Origin: Takakia lepidozioides
Taxonomy: Eukaryota > Plantae > Bryophyta
NCBI GenBank assembly: GCA_030704615.1
Contig: CM060731.1
Coordinates: 33,480,001 to 33,544,000, forward strand
Direction of reading: 5' to 3'
DNA length: 64,000 nt
Part shown: in pieces, positions 28,876 to 41,705 of the stretch
How the letters are laid out: every line of letters starts with the position of its first letter
Position numbering within the stretch: position 1 is the first letter of the stretch
The notes under the pieces: model-generated
The model's input: only the letters and a program-made list of their open reading frames with translations
The model's database searches: none
Told to the model about the DNA's origin: nothing
Translations under genes and position numbers: made by a program

Positions 28876-30961
28876 ATGGCGCCGAAGCGCAAGACACCTG
28901 AGGCGGGAGAACCACTGGCACCTCCATTTCACCTTGAGAGGGCTGTGAATATAATTAGAGAGTGGTGTGAGGAGGAGCAGCACTGCACAACTCGGCAAGT
29001 TGCACAAGTGCTAGGTTGTTTGAGCGAGAGCTACTTGTTGTCTTTACCAGTTCCTCCTCAGGCGCACAAGTGGCCGAAGCATCCTAAGGCACATAATTGG
29101 CGATTTTTGCTTAGAAGGCAAGTATGGCTCTTGTTGGGTTGGAAGGAGAGACGGGAGGAGGGAGATAAGGGTGGGTTCTCTTATTCTGTCAATTTGGTTT
29201 TTGAGGGAACTGGTTTGGATGTAAGGAGACAGGGTAACACTTGTTTTTCCCGATCACCTCTGGAGGAGCTAGATGTGAATAATTTGAGTGTCATTGAAAG
29301 ACTTAGTGAGGGCATTTTTGTTGGTGCTTGTGAGATTGACGATGATGATGTGCCGGATGATTACGAGGAGGACTCAGCCAATGAGGAGGACTGGGAGGAC
29401 ACGGACATGGAGGAACCTGGCGTGGTGAGGAATCCCACTTTTCGGGATTTGTTTGCTCCGAGACGGGAGTGCAAGGAGAATGTTTATTGCAGTGACAGAG
29501 TTGCTTTTGGGGGGCCACAGCCGGGCCCAACTCTGTAGGATATGAAAGGGGCGACTGTTATTTCGTTTTTCCATTTGTTTTGGAGGCCTTGTGTGCTGCA
29601 GCGAGTATGCAGGGAAACTAATCTGTATGCGGCAGTGTGTGTGAGGTCAGGAACTCGTGGTGGGCCGTTGTGAAGCCACTGAAGGTGCCCGAATTGCAAG
29701 CTTGGCTGGGGGTATGTCTGTTCATGGGCATCAAGAGGTTGCCAAACATTCGGTGCTATTGACAGTTGATCGAAGTGTTTTTTGCTTGCCCAGTAATCAG
29801 GAAGGTGATGACTCGTACCCGGGGTTTGAAACAATCCTCCGTTGCCTCCATCTGGTGGATAATAGCACTTTGTGTACTGATCGATCCAGTCCTCAGTATG
29901 ATAAACTCGGCAAGGTAAGATGGACCCTGTAATGAGATAGTTGGTAGATGCAAAGCTCTCTGGAATTTGAACAAGATGGCCACTGTTGCTGAGGTGATGA
30001 TAAGGTACAAAGGAAAGTCAGTGTGCAATTCGGCAGTACATGCCGAAAAAGCCAGTGAAGTGGGTGTGGGCCCTGGCAGACGCAGAGTCATCCTATGTTT
30101 ATGACTTTGATGTTTATTGCGGTAAAAATGGGGGGCTGCGGGTATCAAGGAGAAGAGTGGAAAAGGTGAGGCCTACGATGTTGTCACGGGGCTCGTCTCT
30201 TCCTTGCATGGGTTGGGGCATGCACATGATTGTCACAGACAATTTCTTTTCATCACACGAGTTGTTCTATGACATGGCCTTGCTGGGCACTTGGGCCACC
30301 GGCACTGTCATAATTGCGTGGGGCTGCCCCCTGCCCTGTTAGCCATGCAGAAGAGTAAGACGGCCAGGCAGGGGATTCGTGGTGGAAGATGCATAAGTCG
30401 CAGCAAATCGCCAGTGTCCTTTTGGTGGCACAAAAAAAGAGACTTCATCATCTCATCTGCAGCTCGGCCTGCCTGCGGGCCAAACTCCCCTATCACTGTG
30501 AAACGCTCTATGGGGAATGCCAGGGTTCGGGTACCAAGTGTACCTATGTATGTTCAATACCAGAGCTATATGAGGGGTGTTGATGTACAAGATCAGTTGC
30601 GGGGTGCATACTCCATGCAATTGAAAACCCACAAATGGTGGCACCGAGTTTTCTTTTTCTTGGTGGATATAACTATGGTGAACGCTTATCTGTTGCACAG
30701 AGCGCACAACCAGGCACTGAAACGCGTGCGATGTCTCATCTGGAGTTTAGTCTGGCAATGGCCCATGCATTGACCGAAGGCACATGGGCTCAATTGGCGA
30801 TGACTGGCTAGTCATATGTCCACCAATGCTTGCATTCAAGGCTTCGTAGGCAGTGTGCTCGTTGTGGTCGGCAGACTCACCATTATTGTCCCCAATGTAG
30901 CTCCACCTTCATGTGCATTGTCACTTGCTGGCGGGAGGCCCACCGCATACGGGCAAGGTGA
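28876..30961 (+). pseudogene. Decayed piggyBac transposase (DDE_Tnp_1_7 type) with N-terminal extension, acidic tract and C-terminal Cys-rich domain
   Basis: FFHLFW..RETNLYA; LRCLHLVDN..DKLGKVR; YMPKKPVKW; TDNFFSS; TGTV; YMRGVDVQDQLR..KWWHRVFFFLVDITMVNAYLL; CARCGRQTHHYCPQCSSTFMC..CW. Several stops and frameshifts; the first catalytic VDE reads VAE. Confidence 0.88.
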
Positions 30962-32199
30962 TGGTGTTCCTGTGTTAATTCAGTTGGTGCGGTGCTCTTG
31001 TTGCCTGGCAATTGCAGGGGCTTTGTGTTCGTGGCGCATAGTGTTGATGTTTGTGAGTTCTTGTGGGGCGGGGCACTTACATGGTTGGCTTTTGTTGGCA
31101 GGGAGACGGTGCACGGCTGGTTGGTGTGGTACTTGCTGGGGTGTTTGTCTCATTGATGGTGCGGGCAGGGTGACGTGATTGCACTGGTTCTTGGGCTCTG
31201 ATGTTGTTTGGGTTGGGATCGCCAGTTATTCTGGGATTGAGGGAGGGCTGGGCATGGGTGCACAGGTCGCGGGGTTTCCTTGTTTTTTTGGGTTTTGATG
31301 TTGTTTGGGTTGGCAAAGGGAGGGAGGGCTGCCAGAGTGATTGTTGAGCTTGGGGGTTGGCTGGCTGCTTGGGGGGGGGGGCTGTCTGCATACTGGGCAG
31401 ATAAGGGGGTTCAAACCCCCCTCAACTCTGGTAATTCATGCCGCGGGAAGGAAGTTGGGGGTGTATGTCTCGGGGAAGGTGGTTGGGCTTTGGCAGTTGG
31501 TGTCTACAGAATGGCGGGTGGGAGGCAGGCAAGTGCGGGGTCAGGAGCTAGTGGATTTCACAGGGGCCCTTTGGTTTTTCGTTTTTCATGACGTGGCCCT
31601 AAAAATCCTGCCGGAAAATGTTGCCGGCCTAGCAGCTAGTAGGCTTGAGTTGGGATAGGATGCAAAAATCACTAGGAACATGATCTCTCCCTGGGAATTT
31701 CTGGGAATTGGAAATGGTTTGGACCATTGGGCAGAGACTGGTACATGGCACATCTTCACCGTTGGAAGTAGCAATTCATGTAGAATTGGGTGTCCCCATA
31801 ATGTATTAGAAGTCATAGTGGCAAAATTTACAAAATTATGCCCCCAATTTCACATACAAAGCAACCCCTGAATTTTGGGTCGGAGATTTTGGGAGGGCAC
31901 CTGGTATCTGCCACGAGATGCTCAGTATGGTGGGCATTCTGACAGGAAAATTTAACCTGATACACAAAATCTCTGGTCAAACCAAAGTTACCCCACCTTT
32001 TTGTGGGGTGAACTTGCAAAAGTGGTGTTTTTTTTCTTGCTATAATCTCCAAATTCCAATGGTCAAATATGCTGAAATTTTATAAGTAGATGGATGTGGT
32101 AATTAGTGATTTATACGGTTCAAATCTGTGGATGATAGTAGGTAAGGAGTTACACCCTGATCCATGAGGGTGTGTACCATTTTGGGTTTGGCCCACTTA

Positions 32200-32235
32200 G
32201 CTCGTCGCTTAGGGGTTAACCCCTAAACGACGAGC
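32200..32235. mobile_element. Fused piggyBac right and left TIRs sharing one TTAA
   Basis: GCTCGTCGCTTAGGGG-TTAA-CCCCTAAACGACGAGC, one mismatch between arms. Confidence 0.85.
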
Positions 32236-33170
32236 CGACCCCAATGGGTCGGTCCGATTTTTCATCCATCCATAGCATGCATGGATGAAGTCCGATGAAC
32301 AAGGGGCTTGAATGAAAAATGAAGCGCAGAACGAGCTGCACACGCAGGTCTTTATGGCACCCCCAACAGAGAAAAAGTCAGCTGTCGGGAGTTTCTTGAA
32401 GTTTGGGAATTGCAGGATTTTGGGTGGAGGGTGGGCCATGGCGGTTGACCATCGACGTGGTAGGTGGTAGCGGCCACTCGGGTGGGATTTTGCGGCGGGG
32501 GCATGTAGGGGTTGGAGTGGGGGGGTGCTTGTGAGGCCCTCCCCAAAACGCCGAGGAACATGGGGACGGCTCGAATGAGCTGGCCATGGCAAACAATGGG
32601 GAACCTTGACGTGGCTCGGAAAACGTCGCTGGATTCAGGCGAAATTCCGGCCACCGATTGCCTAATCTAGAGGAGGCTGAAAATTTCACAAAATCCCACA
32701 TCCCAAATGCAATTTAGGGAATTTTTGAGAAATTCTTGGGCAAGTTTGTGTAGTTCTTGGCCTATGAGGGACTGACCGTTGGACTTCCCAATTAAAGAAA
32801 AATTTGGGGTCCCAATGGGGCCTATACCATTTCCTTTGCAAATTCTTTTTTTGGACCCCCGTTCCAATCACATACAAAGCACCCCACCATTCATTTTGGC
32901 AGATTGGCGTGAAATTTGGTGCGAGGGTTTGGGATTGTGCACTTCACAGGAATATAGCACTTTTTTCTCGCAGGAAAATTTGGGATCATGGATAATTTGC
33001 TTGGTCAAACATGAACTTTTGCTTTGTTTTTACCATTTTCTAAAAAATGCACCATCTTCAAATGTTATAATCTCCCAAACTACACAGTGGAATCTCCCCA
33101 AATTTGGGGGGCTTGTGCATCTGGTAGGTAGGAAGCAGTTTGTACAGTTCATGCACGTAGATGAACGTTA

Positions 33171-33236
33171 GTGGGCAGGTAGCCGCTGACGCGTGAGTGT
33201 GGTGTGGGCAGGTAGCCGCTGACGCGTGAGTGTGGT
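33171..33236. repeat. Perfect 33-bp tandem duplication
   Basis: gtgggcaggtagccgctgacgcgtgagtgtggt x2. Confidence 0.9.
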
Positions 33237-34143
33237 CCCGGAATTGTCCAAAAAACCGAAAAACACCTTAGGGAGGTCTTCACAAGTCCGGCACTACGCT
33301 TTTGTTGCAGATACTACTAGAGTATGGCCGATTTTATTATTTGGGTCCCCGTGAGGGGAGGGCTGCGCCGGCCAAGGAGGTAGTGCAAAATCAGGGCGAC
33401 GCAAGGCCCCGGCAGCAAGCTGCCAGATGGGCTTGCTGCCAGATGGGCCCGCACCCAGGAATAATTAGATGAATATAATGAGACTCGATGAAACTCGTAT
33501 CAGATATTTAACTGATAAGATCAGATTCCTCACATGATCATTGCGAAATGGCCGAGAAACATATGGCACGCATTGGAAGCCAGGCGCTTTATATACTGGT
33601 CTGGATCACAAACTTGGGCAATCGATATGGGACTATCTTTTACAAGGAAATAATTATCTCGCGTTGCAAAGGATAGGAAACTACAAAAATTGCTTCCCAG
33701 GCATGCTTCCCACGGATGCCACTTTGCCCAAACCCTTCTGCCCCTGCCTGGAAGAGAGTCCGAACTCTTTCTTTGAGCCCCTTTTGCTACTGCGCTCCAG
33801 AAGGTGAGAGAGGTGAGACAGTGTTTGATCGATGCAGGCTGCATAGATTCAAACACCCAGCAGGATGTTCATCGAGCTGGGGAAAATTTTATTGCAAATG
33901 CAATTTGTAAGAAATGTCTTACAACCATGAGGTGCGATATTCATCTGCTGAATCCACCCCTGGAATAATACTCAACGAGTCGCTGGCCAGCTCCAAAGGT
34001 TTCAATACACAGAGATGGACCCGCGGCACGTGAATTTGTTTTTCTATGATGAGTTCGCAATGTGTAACAAGACTCGTCTCCTCAAGGCAAGCGACCGGAG
34101 CAATGTGCTATCTAGGTTCAGAGATGGGTGCTCAGTTGATTGA

Positions 34144-36327
34144 TCACAGAGTAGTGGTATACTCAATGTTGGTCTCGGGCAGCCATGAATTGGCATCTAT
34201 GAACTTAGTGGCCTGATACTTGCTGGCCTCTGTGGTATTGGTAATTTGTGTGGACCATGAAACCCTGCCTTTGGTGCTGGCCCCGGCTCCTGTGCTCTTG
34301 TACTCAGCGTAGTACAGAGTTGAGAGTGCAAAATCCCCTGACCAGGCAAGCCATCCTGCCGAGTTTACTACGGCCCCCAAATTGGACTTCAAATGAACGC
34401 AGAGAGAGTACAGCTTCCATGGCCGCCCCAAATACGTAGGAAACTGGGCCTGCTGTGCTTGGAGTGTGCTGGTGCCGTCGAACACGCAGTTTTGGAAGGA
34501 AGTACCCGTATTTTGACCGGGATCTGTTCTGCCCTGAGCAGTGTAAGTATTTTGCTGGCCAGCCAGACCCGTCTTGGCCAAAATGGTGCAAGACTGGAAG
34601 GAAACGGCCGCATTTCCGAAGATGAAATCCACAGTACCGTAGATGGTGCAGTTTCTGTAGAATTGGCGGAAGGTGTGGGTGTACAAGGTGTCTTGATAAC
34701 CTTCGAAGGAGCAGAGATAGAATGCGGTTTGGTCTGCGCTCACTCGCAGAGCAACAGCCTGGTGCTTGATGGCTCCTGCTGTGTTTTGAATTGTAATTCC
34801 CTGTGCGATGAAGCCCGGCCCATTAACAGCTGCATCAATCAGAGCACAGTTGTGACAGATTAGTGAATGCATCAATTGAGGAGTCGCAGAAATCTTACAA
34901 AACTAGCATACATGTGCTAGCGTGACCCAGATGTGACTATTTTCTAGTTCAGCCTACACTGATCATATATCATCTTTCATATCACGATTCTACTGTCCCC
35001 TTCCTGTTTGTTCCACCTATGTAAGCTGCCTCAATCAATTAGTTATTTGAGATAGCGATGGACTGAACAGACACTGTCATCCTGGTAAATGCTCAATCCA
35101 GCTTCAGATTAAGCGTGTATGTGATGGCTTTCCCAATATGCCTGCTTCTGCAAGCCCTCTGAACCACCAGTACTAGAGCCAACATAAACGAGTGCTCAGA
35201 GTGAAAAACGTGAAGGACGTACCGACAGTGGCAGATTTGAAAGTGGTCATGCCCTGCATTTGCACATTGTTGGCCGCAGTGATGATTGTTTTATTGATGC
35301 CATCACCCAGTAACATCAAGTTCTTCGCCGCCTTTGGAATAGTCACGTTCTCAGAATATGTCCCCGCTTTGATGTAGATTACGTATCTGGAACTGCTAGA
35401 CAAGGGGGCGTTGTCCACTGCCTTCTGGATCGTCGTGTATGTCCCCGATGAGTCCTTCGCAACGACAACATTTGCTTGAACGTTGTTACGTGCCACGAGT
35501 AGACGGCGGTCTCGGGGATTCAGCCACGAGGGAAAAGGATCCTCGACACCTAGAGACTCAGGTACAGGAACTGGCGAGGAGAGTAACCTCCTGTGGAGAC
35601 CCGGAATATGAAGATCTGAGAGGTTCGGCTTACGACCGAGGTGGAAAAATGAAGATTTCCAACTTGACAAGTCATTTCCAAAATCTGCCAAGGCGTTGAC
35701 GAAAGAGAGGGAAATGCTCAAAATCTGGGCTGTCTTGTTTCCCTGATCGGCCACCAACTGGCCATCTGCTGGTGCAATTTCCGAGAATACATCTATGCAA
35801 GTAGTGTGAAACTCCATCGCAGCACTAATCTGTGTCTTGAGGTCTTGAAAAAGGCTGCGCAGGGCAGTCAAATTGAAAGAGGAGATCTGGGAGGATGCTG
35901 CTGACAGCTGATCGAGCGAATTCTGCAAATTCTCCATACAAACTTCAACAGCAGCTGTGACATTTGCATTGGATCCGTTGAGAGCCAGGACGGTGGTCCT
36001 GGTCTCATTCACTGCTTGTGACGCTGATGAGACGGCCAAGGAGGTGAGGCCCTTAGAATCTGCGTTCTGCGAACTGGGGTTGCTTGATATTGTTCCTTTG
36101 CAAATCTCGGGGTATAGAGTTACGCTGCAAGCCGACTGAATGGCTTGCGTGACCCCATTCTCTTGTGCTACGTGATGTCCTTTTCTGCGAGCCAGAGGTA
36201 TAGATATAGCTACTACAAGAATGATAACTAACAGACCTAGTAAAGCAGTTGTAGTCATGCAGCAACAGCGCTTTCGTGACCTCGGTCTGTAACTTCCGTC
36301 CAATGGCTTGGACTCGTCTGATGTCAT
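34144..36327 (-). CDS. PME: Pectin methylesterase with N-terminal TM anchor and PMEI pro-domain, 2 exons: 36327-35223 and 34829-34144
   Basis: TM segment, PMEI Cys pattern, RRLL processing motifs, IYIKAGTYSENV, QAVALRV, YQDTLY, GTVDFIFG, YLGRPWK; phase-1 GT-AG intron 35222-34830. Confidence 0.95.
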
Positions 36328-36348
36328 TGTGACCAGCTGATCCCACAG

Positions 36349-36349
<1 letters not shown>

Positions 36350-36380
<31 letters not shown>
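36350..36380. repeat. (TC)n/(GA)n microsatellite in the PME 5' region
   Basis: About 15 dinucleotide units just upstream of the PME ATG. Confidence 0.9.
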
Positions 36381-36382
<2 letters not shown>

Positions 36383-37728
36383 GCCCCCCCAAAAGACCAC
36401 CTCCCTCGCGCTCAAAGATAATTCTTGAGCACTCCTCGAAATTCGCTGCTATCTCTCAAAAGACTCGTCACCTCTCTCCCCCTCTCTACTTCTCTATCTC
36501 ATCAGAGACGAGGCCAACAGTTGTTGCAAATTATTGCACCGAGCTTATGTCTGGACAGCTGCTTCTCACTGGCTCCCTCTATGAGCTATGTTCCACCAGC
36601 AGTACCGGTTGAAATGCATTTAAAAGCTGTCACTGTTTGAACTCGTCTAACGAAACTGCTGTGATGGTGAATACGGTGGCACACGCTGCCCTCTCCAGAC
36701 TGTAAATCCATGCTGCACAAGTACCCCTGGGAGAGACGACCCCACCACTGCCAGCTTCTGCACGCGGCTTGGTGGCGGCCTCTTCCTCATCTCGCACGCG
36801 CTTACTAGAGCTGTTTCCCACATTTCCCAATCAATCATCGTCTCTGAAATTTTACCTATACTGTAATTTTGGTGTGGAACCTGTACTAACCAGGATTTGA
36901 GCCCAGGATCACTTGACTGATCGCCGCCGCCCAGTCAGACTGTTAAAGCTGCCATGGCAGATATCCATATGCTGGATCCCTATAACCAACTGTCCAATTG
37001 TATTCTGTATATTTTATCCTCCTTATTTACCATTTTTATTTATTTGAAGATGGTTTAGGTTCCAAATTTTAATTTTCTAAAGAACCGTGCTTGCAAAGCA
37101 CACCAAGATGAGGTGGAGCCGGAAGAAACCTTGTAAAATGTAGCCCTTACCCCTTACCCTCTTAAGGCCCTGGTGGAGCCTAGAAGGGCCCACCGCCTCA
37201 TCCTGCTTATGGAAAGTTCTAGAAGTAGAAGGAGGGCCCACCCTCCTGCTTCTATGCTAGCCTGTACACGTGGCCTCACATTTAGCCCATTCGAACGCAG
37301 GTGCCCAGCTCCCTCCCCATTGGCTGCTCCAATCCTCTCCCTTATTCGACCTTCAGGAACAATACTATAGCCCTGATTCCAAGATTACCATGCTAACTTA
37401 AGTACTAATCGAACTTTAGCACTGACTGAATGTCATGTCAGACGGTGGCCCAATGTTCCGCTACCGTCTGACAGTTGTATCTTATCAAAACATATTTAAT
37501 TCGTAAAGAACTAGGGCTGATTTCTCTCTGTTTGTATCTGCGTATTATACAGCGTATCAGCCAGCCACACAAGTACCAGTGCACACCTGTGCAATATACA
37601 CCTGCATAGTGCACACCCGCGATATTTCTTTATCTTTACCTCCAAGATCTTTTCTCACAGGAAGCTACCAGCAGGGAGAAAGCATAAGGAAGGATTAAAA
37701 GATAAAGAAATCATCCCATTTCTTTCCA

Positions 37729-37818
37729 TGAGGGGAGGGTATTATGGAAATTTCGGTACATTGTCTCTGGCTCCCGCCCTCGGCTCTGTACCAAAATTTC
37801 CGTAATACCCTCCCCTCA
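37729..37818. mobile_element. 90-bp fold-back, likely a Harbinger/Tourist-like mini-MITE
   Basis: 32-bp arms tgaggggagggtattatggaaatttcggtaca / tgtaccaaaatttccgtaataccctcccctca (2 mismatches), 26-nt loop. Confidence 0.6.
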
Positions 37819-39186
37819 GGGCCCTACCCTATACATAAAACATGAACAAAAGAAAGAACGAAAGCGACTAAAGCAAGAAGTCATCTTCTCCTCGTCGCCG
37901 CTGCGTCATCCGCAACCCAGCAGCAAAGGGTCCAGTGCCGACTTTATCTTGGGGAGGCCTGGAATGGACATGCTCATGCAATTCCAATTTCCAAGTGCGA
38001 ATTCGTAGCCAGTGTGTACTGGACCCTGACATACTTTTGTTCGTATGTGACGTAATGTATATTGTACAATTATTTGAGGAAATCATTCCACAAGCCTGCA
38101 CGATTCCGGATTGTTTCAAGGGGTAATCGCATGTTCCAGATTCGACTTCATAAGCTTGTGTCCCGCCTGTTGTTCACCTGGGTGAGTTTCACATTGGGGG
38201 ATTCACGGATGTAGATTGAGTGAATCAGCACCTCAAGAGGACTATTTTTTTTCCAACAAGTGATGTCGCTAGATCAAGTGAAGAGGGTGTCATCAGGAGT
38301 CCGAATTTGTTCAACATCAATTTAACATTGTGACTTTCAGAAACTTGGTTGACTCAAGGCCTGCCCCCGGCCTACCACTGTATGTTGAGATTCTTGAGTT
38401 CTTGAGTTCTTTCCCACGCTTGATCCACCGGTAGCAACTTAATTATCTTCTTTTCCATGTTCCTTCAATAGATTCCTAAGGATAAGCATTCATTCATATC
38501 CTCGATAACTTCAATTCATTGGCCAACCCCACTTTGCGTGCGTGCAAGAAAACTGTTATTTAAACCAAGTACCTGAATCTTGCCTAGTTTGATTGCTTGA
38601 CGCTATCTCTTGCTTGCTAAAGCGTACACAAGGCCGGTCGACTATCCCGTACACTTAACATTGATGCTGATACATTAACCATTAGTGCAGTAGAGTAGTT
38701 GGGAGGCGCTGCTATCATCCTGATTTCTGTCGTAGCCAGCACAATTTATCTCAAGGTCCAGCTGGTTATATGACAAATCTAAAATGGGTTGCTGATCCTA
38801 AATCACTACAATGGATAGCAATTGTTACAGATTTGATTTTTTTAATTTTTTTTAAAATAAAGAGGGATGAAGCCCTCATAATATTATTAGTAAGGGATTC
38901 TCCACTATTTTCCATTTCTGTGGCAACGGAATCCTCATACGACTCTTTCCATTGAATGTGTAGGATCTCTTTGCAGGCTATAATTTTTTAATCGTACTCG
39001 GATGTACATAGCCAACTATAGTCTCAAATCTAGAAATCAAGATGTTTTCCTAATCAATATATGAAGGAAGCCAATTGTTTGTTTTGTTTTGTTTTGTTTT
39101 GTCACGTTGTGATGTCCCAAACCATAAGGCCCCAGCCCTGGTGCTTGGTACCGTTGGAAAGCCCTCGACGAGGAGGGTGCACAGGT

Positions 39187-39670
39187 TTTAAATACACTTG
39201 TGAATAGATACAAAACATAGTTCATGAACATTAGTCTATGATTCCACTAGGATTATATATTAAGTCAAATGTGACAAGTTTTAGTTTAGGGTTGAGGGTT
39301 TAGGGTTTAGGGTTTAGGGTTCGCATTGGGTGTAGTCTTGGATAGTGGAATTTAATACATGAGGTAGTTTAGGGTTTATCTCCATTTCAATGTGTCTTGT
39401 TTTTTTAATTTGTCTTTGGTGAAGCTCACGCTTCACAAGTTGCTCGATTGTTTTATGTTTCTTCTTTCTTCTTTGGGTTTCTCGTCTTTGTTTTAGATCT
39501 CTTATGTTTTAAGTACACTTGTGAGTAGATATAAAACATATTTCATCAACATTACTCTAGGATTCTACTATGATTGTATACTAAGTCGGATTTGAGAATT
39601 TCTAGTTTAGGGTTTAGGGTTTAAAACCTAATGTTTGCATTTGGTATAGTCTTGGATTAGGGTTTAGGGT
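39187..39670. repeat. ~321-bp tandem duplication carrying interstitial TTTAGGG telomere-type repeats
   Basis: tttaa(a/g)tacacttgtga..aaaacata at 39187 and 39508; TTTAGGG runs at about 39285-39320, 39606-39622 and 39657-39672. Confidence 0.8.
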
Positions 39671-41149
39671 TTTTTTTCATTGTGTTTGAAGACTTGAAGC
39701 TTTCATTATATCGTTAGATTATGTTTGAAGATGTGAAGCCTTCATTATAAGTGAATTTAATATGACCAGAGATTTAATGTACAACTATATATGATTGATA
39801 AGATTTGAGCTTAATTTTGTGGTATGTTTGGGGTTTGGGGTTTAGATTCATGGCTCCTTACGTCAAAAAATGAAAACGAAGAACTGAAAATGAGAAGTGG
39901 ATAAGGAGACAGAAAGCGGCTACAAAAAATGAGGTAAATGCAAGACGAAATACTCTGAAGCGCATTGACAAAAAACTTGACATTAAGTTTGAGAGGGAGA
40001 GAGAGAGGGTTGAGAAACCAGGTGACATGAGGATAGATATACAAGTTTGCCCCTTGATGATGGTTATGCGCGCGGGTTTTGTGAATTGTTTGAAGGGAGT
40101 TCGTTCCAAGCATCATCATATATTGGTGTCTCCCCTCAATATGCATGACCATTGTTGACCACATTGATTCGCATGGGCTTCACCCACTACCAACAGTCTC
40201 TTGCAAAAGTGGAGGAATAAGAGTCATTGAATGTCACCATCGACATCTTCAATGGTATGTAAACTATTTTTGAGCTCATCATCAATTCATGTGTTAGTGT
40301 TGGTGGTTGATTGATCATTCATTTAGGCTCATCATTTGTTTGTTAGTTATATCTTGACTTTTTGTGTCTACAGAGGATGGTTGGGAGGACGGCTAGGATG
40401 ATCGTGCTGGCGCGCTTGGGCTTGTCATCGAAGCCAACGATTACTTATATGCGACGCCTTTGTAGGAAAATAAAACAGGGTAGATGAAAGAAATGAGAGC
40501 ACAAAAAGTACGAAAATGCACTTTGATGCACCCTCGTAAAGTGCGTGAGACACAGGAGCGGGCTAGAAAGAGAGTGCATGAGGGAGAAGGAACAGAAGAG
40601 ATAGAATGAGAGATTATCCTGGAGGAGAGAAATACAAGAGAAAAGCTAGCAAGAGGAGGAAGTTCAAGAGGAAAGGGTTCCAAGAAAGTTTAGATGATGA
40701 GACATTATTTTGCGAGCAGACAATTGTGCGAACTCGAAACAATTGCATGTCATAGCGCTGATGATGGCCCCTACCCGCGGTCAGTGATGTCAGGTCGCGT
40801 CACCCAGTCTGCGTCAAGTCTATTTTAGGGGTAACATAATTTTTGGGGAATAAAAAGTATCACACGTAAGTATCTACATCCCTCGAAAACTACACGAATG
40901 AGAAAAAACAAAAAAACAATAACAAAAACAAATCAATTAAATTTTTTTCTGGCAATTAGGAAGGGTCGTCATGGTCGTACGCGATAGTAGGCGACCGTCA
41001 CAGTCGTCCAGCGGTGGCCAGATAAATAAATAAATAATCGCATAGCCATGGTCGCTCGTAGACGGTCGCCCAACCATTGCCGTCGTACGAGGCTAAATTT
41101 AAAATTTCAAAGAAAAAAATAATAAAAGAAAAAAAAACTCCGCTCGTAG

Positions 41150-41705
41150 ATCGGGACCGCCAGAGCTTGCGGTCCCACTTTTTATTTTTTATTTATTACT
41201 ATTATTAATATTGGGACCGTCAGAACTGGTGGTCTTAATTTTTATTATGGGGACATCAGAGCTGACGGTCCAATTTTTAATTTTTCAATTTAAATTTATT
41301 GAAATCGGTACTGTCGGAGCTGACGATCCCATTTATTTTATTTTATTTATTTAATTGAAATCGGGAGTCCATCTGACTGCTCACATGGTCCCGATGTTTG
41401 TAAAAAAAAATTAAAAAAATTAATTAAAAATTAAAATAATGCCTACCAAATGCCCAGCGGTCGCCGACCAGGAAAAACGGAAGGTCGTCCCCAAGTCGCA
41501 CCATCACCCAATTGTCGCCCGGAGCCGGATGGTTATCTATCGCCTATCAGATCATTTTTAAATTGGGATCTGCAGTCCTTACGGTCTCGATGTTAATAAC
41601 AAATAAAAAAATAAAAATTGACACCACTAGCCCTGACGGTCCCCATTATAATTAAAAAAATTAAAAAATAGAATATTGGGACTGTCAGCTCTGGTGGTCC
41701 CAATT
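41150..41705. repeat. Array of imperfect ~24-bp palindromes in AT-rich spacers (foldback/MITE-like)
   Basis: GGGACCGTCAGAGCTGACGGTCCC-like copies at about 41153, 41213, 41249, 41307, 41565, 41620 and 41677. Confidence 0.75.

Noticed and set aside
33541-33807. Possible gene fragment ending ..SFFEP
   Set aside because: Too short and motif-poor to assign
41150-41705. CRISPR-like repeat-spacer appearance
   Set aside because: The repeats are degenerate, the spacers are low-complexity and irregular, there are no cas genes and the context is eukaryotic
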